Shown in pieces: positions 58,831 through 64,000 of a stretch of DNA of 64,000 nucleotides (its first letter is position 1; each line of letters starts with the position of its first letter). Below the pieces are notes generated by a model, which saw nothing but the letters and a program-made list of their open reading frames with translations, was not told the DNA's origin and searched no databases. A program made the translations under genes and the position numbers. The DNA comes from an uncultured Planctomycetia bacterium (lineage in GTDB: Bacteria; Planctomycetota; Planctomycetia; CAXEIY01). Location of the stretch: NCBI GenBank assembly GCA_963996245.1, contig CAXEIY010000248.1:44701-108700 (forward strand). The letters are read 5' to 3'.

Positions 58831-59016
58831 CTACCAACTGGCCTTCTTTACCCCAGGAATAAGTCCCGCACTGGCCAGATTACGAAAGCATATACGACAA
58901 ATTCCAAACTTTCGATAGACCCCCCTGGGACGCCCACAAAGCTTACATCTGTGTTCCTGACGACTCGAGAACTTAGGGGTCTTCTCCGCTTTTTCTATTT
59001 TGGCTTTCGAGGCCAT
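58831..59016 (-). CDS. rpsZ: 30S ribosomal protein S14 type Z (zinc-binding)
   Basis: [61 protein letters not shown], 61 aa with a CxxC...CxxC motif. Confidence 0.85.
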   Translation of the reverse strand: MASKAKIEKAEKTPKFSSRQEHRCKLCGRPRGVYRKFGICRICFRNLASAGLIPGVKKASW

Positions 59017-59092
59017 CTCAGTCCCGTCTCTTTTTGAAAAGTACAAAACAATACCAATACTTCAGGATCCCATACACCTGAACTCCAACCTG

Positions 59093-59635
59093 TCAATCCG
59101 TTCGAAATGGCAGGCCCAATTCTTTCAGCAGCAAATGGCCTTCTTCATTTGTTCTGGCGGTCGTAACAATTGTAATATCCATTCCCTGAACATTGGTAAC
59201 TTTATCAGGATTAATTTCAGGGAAAACCACCTGCTCGGTTACACCCAGACTATAATTCCCCTGACCATCAAAAGCCCGAGGATTCAAACCGCGAAAATCA
59301 CGCACCCGCGGCAAAGCCAAAGTGATGAGACGATCGAGGAACTCGTACATGCGACGCCCCCGAAGAGTCACCTTACACCCGACCTTCATTCCCTCCCTCA
59401 AACGGAACCCCGCAACAGAACGACGCGCGATGGTCACCAGGGGCCGTTGGCCGACAATTTGCGACAAATCACTAACGGCCTCATCCAACCGTTTCTGGTC
59501 CTGTATCGCAAGCCCCACACCCATATTGACCACAATTTTATCCAAGCGGGGCAAAGAAAGCCTATTGGCCCTCCCCAGCTGTTCTGAAAGCCTGCCTTCT
59601 ATCTCACTACGGTACTGCTCTAACAACCTTGCCAT
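59093..59635 (-). CDS. rplE: 50S ribosomal protein L5
   Basis: [14 protein letters not shown]...[31 protein letters not shown]... Confidence 0.9.
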   Translation of the reverse strand: MARLLEQYRSEIEGRLSEQLGRANRLSLPRLDKIVVNMGVGLAIQDQKRLDEAVSDLSQIVGQRPLVTIARRSVAGFRLREGMKVGCKVTLRGRRMYEFLDRLITLALPRVRDFRGLNPRAFDGQGNYSLGVTEQVVFPEINPDKVTNVQGMDITIVTTARTNEEGHLLLKELGLPFRTD

Positions 59636-59692
59636 CGATCTCTCACTCTAGCTCTCTTGAAAAAACACGACTAGTCACTGGGCCGAAACTCA

Positions 59693-60040
59693 TCACTTCT
59701 TCGCGTATCGAGCCCGGGGAGGGGAAACGGGGCCTTGCGACTCACCACACTTCTTGCAAAACCTCTCTTTTACCCCATCTTCCAGATAACGTACCCCCAG
59801 CCTTACTCCCTGGTCGCAGCGAGCGCAATGCAACATGACATTTGAAACATCCACAGGCATCTCCTTTTCCAAACGCCCTCCCTGCGGATTTCGCTGACTA
59901 GGGCGCACGTGCTTCTTAACCATGTTAACTTTCTCAACAACGACCTTTCCCTTGCCAAGTAACACGCGTAAAACACGTTGCTTCTCACCCTTATCGGCGC
60001 CCGTTTTCACCACTACTGTATCATCTGCTCGAATCAACAC
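59693..60040 (-). CDS. rplX: 50S ribosomal protein L24 with an atypical Cys4 (zinc-ribbon-like) C-terminus
   Basis: KOW N-terminus (DDTVVVKTGADKGEKQRVLRVL). The C-terminal HCARCDQGVRLGVRYLEDGVKERFCKKCGE replaces the Cys-free E. coli equivalent ([28 protein letters not shown]). Confidence 0.85.
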   Translation of the reverse strand: MLIRADDTVVVKTGADKGEKQRVLRVLLGKGKVVVEKVNMVKKHVRPSQRNPQGGRLEKEMPVDVSNVMLHCARCDQGVRLGVRYLEDGVKERFCKKCGESQGPVSPPRARYAKK

Positions 60041-60115
60041 CTGATCACCCTCTTTGTACGCAAATCGCCATGCCAGGTTTTCCTAACCAGCAACCATTTA
60101 CAGCACCAAATAAGA

Positions 60116-60484
60116 TTAAACCACTTCACTCGCCAAACTGACAATTCTCATATAGCTTCGATCACGCAATTCACGTGCAACTGCCCCAAAAATGCGCGTC
60201 CCTCGCGGACTCCCATCAGCATCAATCAATACCAGCGCATTCCGATCGAACCTGACATAACTACCATCCACTCTACGCGTCGCTTTCTTACAACGCACAA
60301 CGACACCACGCACCACCTCTCCCTTTTTGACCGCGCTGCCCGGAACCGCCTTCTTCACACTTGCGACAATAATATCACCAAGGCCCGCAGTACGACGCCT
60401 ACTACCACCCAACACTTTTATACACATCACTTCTTTGGCCCCTGTGTTGTCTGCCACATCAAGCCAAGTCTGCATCTGGATCAT
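60116..60484 (-). CDS. rplN: 50S ribosomal protein L14
   Basis: [28 protein letters not shown]... Confidence 0.9.
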   Translation of the reverse strand: MIQMQTWLDVADNTGAKEVMCIKVLGGSRRRTAGLGDIIVASVKKAVPGSAVKKGEVVRGVVVRCKKATRRVDGSYVRFDRNALVLIDADGSPRGTRIFGAVARELRDRSYMRIVSLASEVV

Positions 60485-60535
60485 AATTTCAACCTCAACT
60501 CCAACAATCAGCCGGTCCTTACCGTGACCGGTGAG

Positions 60536-60796
60536 TTACGCCTCACCATCTGCGGTATCCTGCATGACCACACGCAACAATTCCCAGCGTTTAATCTTGG
60601 AACGTGGCCGACACGAAACCAATTCCACCGTATCTCCCAGCTTCGCATCCCCTTGCTCATCGTGTGCATGATACACCGTGCGACGCTTTAAATACTTTCC
60701 ATACAATGGATGCTTCACCGTCCTGGGAACCATTACCTTAATGGTTTTACTGCTAGCAGCACTCGTGACTTCACCTATTACCGTCTTTCGCATCAT
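60536..60796 (-). CDS. rpsQ: 30S ribosomal protein S17
   Basis: RKTVIGEVTSAASSKTIKVMVPRTVKHPLYGKYLKRRTVYHAHDE... Confidence 0.9.
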   Translation of the reverse strand: MMRKTVIGEVTSAASSKTIKVMVPRTVKHPLYGKYLKRRTVYHAHDEQGDAKLGDTVELVSCRPRSKIKRWELLRVVMQDTADGEA

Positions 60797-60804
60797 TTTC
60801 TCTT

Positions 60805-61026
60805 CTACGTCTTTTTCTGATCGCTGTTTAACTCAGATAACTCACGTTCTCTAACCACCGTTTTAAGCCTCGCAACGTCTCTTCTGCTTTTGCGCAACTC
60901 GCTAGGAGCATCGAGCCTTTCGGTCTCCGCCTGAAATCGCAAACGAAACAGATTCTCCTGCATTTCTTTCAATGTCAGCTGTATCTGCTCGTCACTCATC
61001 TCTCGAAACTCATCCGCCTTGGCCAT
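60805..61026 (-). CDS. rpmC: 50S ribosomal protein L29
   Basis: MAKADEFREMSDEQIQLTLKEMQENLFRLRFQAET... Start taken at MAKAD (track ORF to 61137). Confidence 0.85.
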   Translation of the reverse strand: MAKADEFREMSDEQIQLTLKEMQENLFRLRFQAETERLDAPSELRKSRRDVARLKTVVRERELSELNSDQKKT

Positions 61027-61054
61027 ATCTATATTCACCCCAATAACAACCAGC

Positions 61055-61474
61055 CTAAACTCCCAGCTGACGCTCCACCAACCGACACTGGATAGGCATT
61101 TTATAAGCAACCCTCGCCAGGCAATCCCTGGCCACATCTTTCGGCACCCCAGAAACTTCGAACAGAACGGTGCCTGGCTTCACCACGGCTGTCCAGTACT
61201 CCGGCTCCCCCTTCCCCTTCCCCATTCGTGTTTCCAACGGAATAGAGGTAACAGGCTTATGTGGGAAGATACGGATGTACAGCCTTCCCTCACCCCGGAT
61301 CTCTTGCCCGGCCGCTATCCTTCCGGCCTCGATGGTCTGCGCGCTAACGTAGCCCGGCTGCATTGCCTGCAACCCGAACTCGCCAAAAACAACACGATTC
61401 CCACGAGTCGCGTTACCTTTTATCCGACCCCGTTGACTTTTTCGGAACTTGACCCTTTTTGGCATCAGCGCCAT
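61055..61474 (-). CDS. rplP: 50S ribosomal protein L16
   Basis: MALMPKRVKFRKSQRGRIKGNATRGNRVVFGEFGLQA... Start taken at MALMPK. This overlaps the rpsC 3' end by about 60 nt. Confidence 0.9.
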   Translation of the reverse strand: MALMPKRVKFRKSQRGRIKGNATRGNRVVFGEFGLQAMQPGYVSAQTIEAGRIAAGQEIRGEGRLYIRIFPHKPVTSIPLETRMGKGKGEPEYWTAVVKPGTVLFEVSGVPKDVARDCLARVAYKMPIQCRLVERQLGV

Positions 61475-62114
61475 CGCCAATCTCCTGATCCAAATAATCA
61501 CCCTGATTAACCCACACCTTCACACCGATATGGCCCTGCGCCGTCTTCGCTTCTGCACAACCATAACTGATCTTCGCACGCAGTGTCGACAACGGAAGAG
61601 AACCGAGGCTCGCCTTTTCTCGACGCGCCATTTCCGCCCCCCCAAGACGACCGGCAAGCTCTACCTTGCAACCCAGCGCCCCCGCTTCCATGACCTTCTC
61701 CAACGTACGTTTCATCGTACGCCGAAAACTCTGCCTCTTGGAAAGCTGCTCACACACATCCTCAGCCACAAGCTGTGCATCCAAAGCCGGCTTACTCATC
61801 TCGTCAATCTTGATGTTAATCCGTCTCTGAATAAGGCCCTGTAACTCCTCCTGCAACCGCTCTACTTCCTGGCCTTTCCGACCGATGATTACGCCAGGGC
61901 GTGCTGCATGCAGCACAACCTTAACCTCATCCCGGGTACGCTCGATTTCTACTTTCGCGATTCCGGCAAAGGCATACTTAGCTTTAATATGCTTGCGAAG
62001 CTTGTGGTCCTCTACCAACAGACCAGCAAACTCCCGCTTGGAAGCGTACCAACGACTCTTCCAATCCTCCATCACACCCGTTCTAAATCCTATCGGGCTT
62101 ACTTTCTGTCCCAT
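61413..62114 (-). CDS. rpsC: 30S ribosomal protein S3 (with a short Lys/Gly-rich C-terminal extension)
   Basis: MGQKVSPIGFRTGVMEDWKSRWYASKREFAGLLVEDHKLRKHIKAKY..., with the KH and S3-C domains present. Confidence 0.9.
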   Translation of the reverse strand: MGQKVSPIGFRTGVMEDWKSRWYASKREFAGLLVEDHKLRKHIKAKYAFAGIAKVEIERTRDEVKVVLHAARPGVIIGRKGQEVERLQEELQGLIQRRINIKIDEMSKPALDAQLVAEDVCEQLSKRQSFRRTMKRTLEKVMEAGALGCKVELAGRLGGAEMARREKASLGSLPLSTLRAKISYGCAEAKTAQGHIGVKVWVNQGDYLDQEIGDGADAKKGQVPKKSTGSDKR

Positions 62115-62171
62115 TTAGCGCCTGCTTTCCCAGCTCATTAAAATTGCCCGCTCCGCTTTGCCAACTGATGA

Positions 62172-62519
62172 TTAATCGACGATAGCCCCCGGTAAATCCA
62201 CCACTACATGAATATGGGAGAATCGTTTTCGTATCTGAAATGCCATTCCTCGGGCGCGGGGCTGGAGCCGCTTGAACATCGGCCCCGGATCAACACGCGC
62301 TTCGACCACCCGTAATTCCGCAACCTGACGGACACCTCGATCTTCGGCGTTGGCAGCAGCGCTGGCCAAAACCTTTTCCACAAAACGGGCCCCACGATTA
62401 TGAATCCCCTTCAGCGTATGCCGGGCATCCTCCACGTACATTCCCGAAATCAATTGAGTCACCGGACGAACTTTTCTCGGCGAAATACGTGCGTAGCGAT
62501 GTATTGCTCGATAAGACAT
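62172..62519 (-). CDS. rplV: 50S ribosomal protein L22
   Basis: HRYARISPRKVRPVTQLISGMYVEDARHTLK... Confidence 0.9.
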   Translation of the reverse strand: MSYRAIHRYARISPRKVRPVTQLISGMYVEDARHTLKGIHNRGARFVEKVLASAAANAEDRGVRQVAELRVVEARVDPGPMFKRLQPRARGMAFQIRKRFSHIHVVVDLPGAIVD

Positions 62520-62583
62520 AAATCCGAAAACCCTTTATCCCAACCTCAAAAAAACAACCGTTGTATTATTAAAAACTCATCAA

Positions 62584-62655
62584 TGCCGGGGGCGGGATTT
62601 GAACCCGCGACCTCCAGGTTATGAGCCTGGCGAGCTACCACTGCTCCACCCCGGG
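62584..62655 (-). tRNA. tRNA-Met (anticodon CAU), initiator-like, embedded between rpsS and rplV
   Basis: Minus-strand sequence CCCGGGG-UG-GAGC-AGUGGUA-GCUC-G-CCAGG-CUCAUAA-CCUGG-AGGUC-GCGGG-UUCAAAU-CCCGC-CCCCGGC-A folds as a 72-nt cloverleaf with anticodon CAU. It has an A11:U24 pair, an unpaired 1:72 (C:C) and discriminator A73. The D-arm, anticodon loop and T-arm are almost identical to E. coli tRNA-fMet. No CCA is encoded. Confidence 0.8.
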
Positions 62656-62670
62656 GCAATTTCGTCTCAA

Positions 62671-62679
62671 CCCCCCCCC
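62671..62679. repeat. C9/G9 homopolymer tract between rpsS stop and the tRNA
   Basis: ccccccccc read directly in the sequence. It is G9 on the transcribed strand, immediately 5' of the tRNA. Confidence 0.9.
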
Positions 62680-62700
62680 GCAAGCAAAATTCAGCACCAC

Positions 62701-62967
62701 CTACTTACCCCTGCCACTGTGCCCACGAAAAGTCCGTGTTGGAGCAAATTCCCCAAGCTTATGGCCAACCATCTCTTCGGTCACAAACACCTTAATATGG
62801 TTCTTCCCATTGTGAACCATGAACGTCTGCCCCACAAACTCCGGCACCACCGTACACGCGCGCCGCCATGTGCGAATGGGATGCCCATCACCTGACGCCA
62901 CCTGCTTCTCCACCTTACGGAACAGCTTCTCATCCACATAGGGCCCCTTCTTCAGCGACCTTCCCAT
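62701..62967 (-). CDS. rpsS: 30S ribosomal protein S19
   Basis: [21 protein letters not shown]...[38 protein letters not shown]. Confidence 0.9.
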   Translation of the reverse strand: MGRSLKKGPYVDEKLFRKVEKQVASGDGHPIRTWRRACTVVPEFVGQTFMVHNGKNHIKVFVTEEMVGHKLGEFAPTRTFRGHSGRGK

Positions 62968-63026
62968 CACCTAAACTCCTGTACCAGAAATGCCAGCAAC
63001 TACGAATCCCACTCTTTCCGGTTATA

Positions 63027-63887
63027 TTAGTACGACTTCAAAATACCATGACGCTTCGTACGACGCCGACGAACGATTGCAGCATTGGACGGTTTTCGAC
63101 GCTTCCGGGTAGAGCCGCCCTTGGACAACGTCCCCGTAGGACCACAAGGATGTCGACCGCCAGCACTGCGACCCTCACCCCCACCCAACGGATGAGCCAC
63201 TGGATTCATGGCAACCCCCCTTACATGAGGACGCCTCCCAAGCCATCGCTTCCTACCGGCCTTCCCCAAACGAACCCCCATATGCTCAGGATTACCCACC
63301 TGACCTACAGTAGCTCGGCAAGCAGCAGGAACCCTTCTCACTTCACCAGAAGGCAAAGTTAACTGCGCCCAGTCTTCCTGGCGAGCCGTCAAGACAGCGG
63401 AAGTCCCGGCACTACGACAAAGCTGCCCACCACGGCCAGGCTGCATCTCTATGTTATGAATCGTCGTCCCGGTCGGGATACTGGAAAGCGGTATCGCGTT
63501 ACCCACATTCGGATCTACACCCGCCCCACTCTCTACGGTCATCCCGGCCTCTAAACCGTCAGGCGCCAGGATATACCGCTTCTCACCGTCGGCATAAAAC
63601 AACAGTGCGATTCTTGCTGAACGATTGGGATCATATTCGACAGAAGCCACCTTTGCCGGCACCCCATCCTTTTGTCGCTTCCAGTCAATAACCCGATAAA
63701 GCCGCTTGTGACCACCGCCCCTGTGGCGAGCGGTAATCTTGCCCTGATTATTGCGACCACCGGTCTTCTTTACCTTTCGCGTAAGCGACTTCTCAGGACG
63801 TTTCTTCCGATCCGTGATTTCAGCAAAATCACTAACAGAAGATCGACGTCTTCCCGCACTCGTTGGCTTATACCTACGAATTCCCAA
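63027..63887 (-). CDS. rplB: 50S ribosomal protein L2
   Basis: [14 protein letters not shown]...[26 protein letters not shown]...[16 protein letters not shown]. Confidence 0.9.
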   Translation of the reverse strand: MGIRRYKPTSAGRRRSSVSDFAEITDRKKRPEKSLTRKVKKTGGRNNQGKITARHRGGGHKRLYRVIDWKRQKDGVPAKVASVEYDPNRSARIALLFYADGEKRYILAPDGLEAGMTVESGAGVDPNVGNAIPLSSIPTGTTIHNIEMQPGRGGQLCRSAGTSAVLTARQEDWAQLTLPSGEVRRVPAACRATVGQVGNPEHMGVRLGKAGRKRWLGRRPHVRGVAMNPVAHPLGGGEGRSAGGRHPCGPTGTLSKGGSTRKRRKPSNAAIVRRRRTKRHGILKSY

Positions 63888-63948
63888 CTGAAATCACCTT
63901 TCCAAAAAAACCCAACCTTTATTAACCAGGCCGACCGCCAAGGCCGTC

Positions 63949-64000
63949 TTAAAAGAAATCAATCCTGTCTTCCTCGTGCAAAGTAACAATCGCTTTTTTC
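63949..64000 (-). CDS. rplW: 50S ribosomal protein L23, C-terminal fragment (5' end outside window)
   Basis: The minus-strand frame gives ...KKAIVTLHEEDRIDFF*, the canonical L23 C-terminus (cf. KKAYVTLKEGQNLDF), directly upstream of rplB. Confidence 0.6.
   Translation of the reverse strand, partial: KKAIVTLHEEDRIDFF

Noticed and set aside
1-64000. CRISPR arrays, IS elements, integrases, and phage or defence hallmarks.
   Set aside because: No direct-repeat/spacer periodicity, transposase/integrase motifs or tRNA-flanked island boundaries were seen. The window looks like core chromosome.

Overview
This window is a chromosomal segment of mostly core housekeeping genes. By inference it comes from a Planctomycetota-like bacterium (DUF1501 protein, giant PQQ-propeller/TPR secreted protein, MoxR-DUF58-BatA operon, SecDF fusion, r-proteins with terminal extensions). 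I saw no CRISPR array, no transposase or integrase, and no obvious prophage or island boundary.

Features, in order along the window:
- Type IIB topoisomerase (Topo VI): a partial B subunit (ends at 517) followed by the A subunit.
- A cluster of metabolic and stress genes on both strands: HpcH-type aldolase, S41 tail-specific protease, TAT-secreted DUF1501 protein, an unusual BRCT+MerR-HTH+TPR protein next to OsmC, class-I glutamine amidotransferase, aconitase and rpsT.
- A 22-kb unidirectional plus-strand block: a 1470-aa PQQ beta-propeller/TPR secreted protein, then a MoxR AAA+ / DUF58 / BatA-vWA / vWA-paralog / giant coiled-coil membrane protein / small low-complexity protein operon (Bat-like), then yajC-secDF and a glcE/glcF-like FAD/Fe-S oxidoreductase pair.
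- On the minus strand: a PurS-PurS-PurL fusion, tyrA, smc, a FlgI (P-ring) homolog carrying an internal HEAT-repeat insertion with no other flagellar genes nearby, yidD and rnpA.
- A 716-nt gap where rpmH would be expected.
- A HIT protein, then the alpha/spc/S10 ribosomal super-cluster (rplQ ... rplB, partial rplW).

Three points stand out in the ribosomal cluster:
- an rpmJ the ORF track missed;
- an initiator-like tRNA-Met(CAU) inserted between rpsS and rplV, next to a C9 homopolymer;
- an L24 with a Cys4 zinc-ribbon-like C-terminus.

Hand-derived coordinates (adjusted starts, rpmJ, tRNA) may be off by 1-2 nt.
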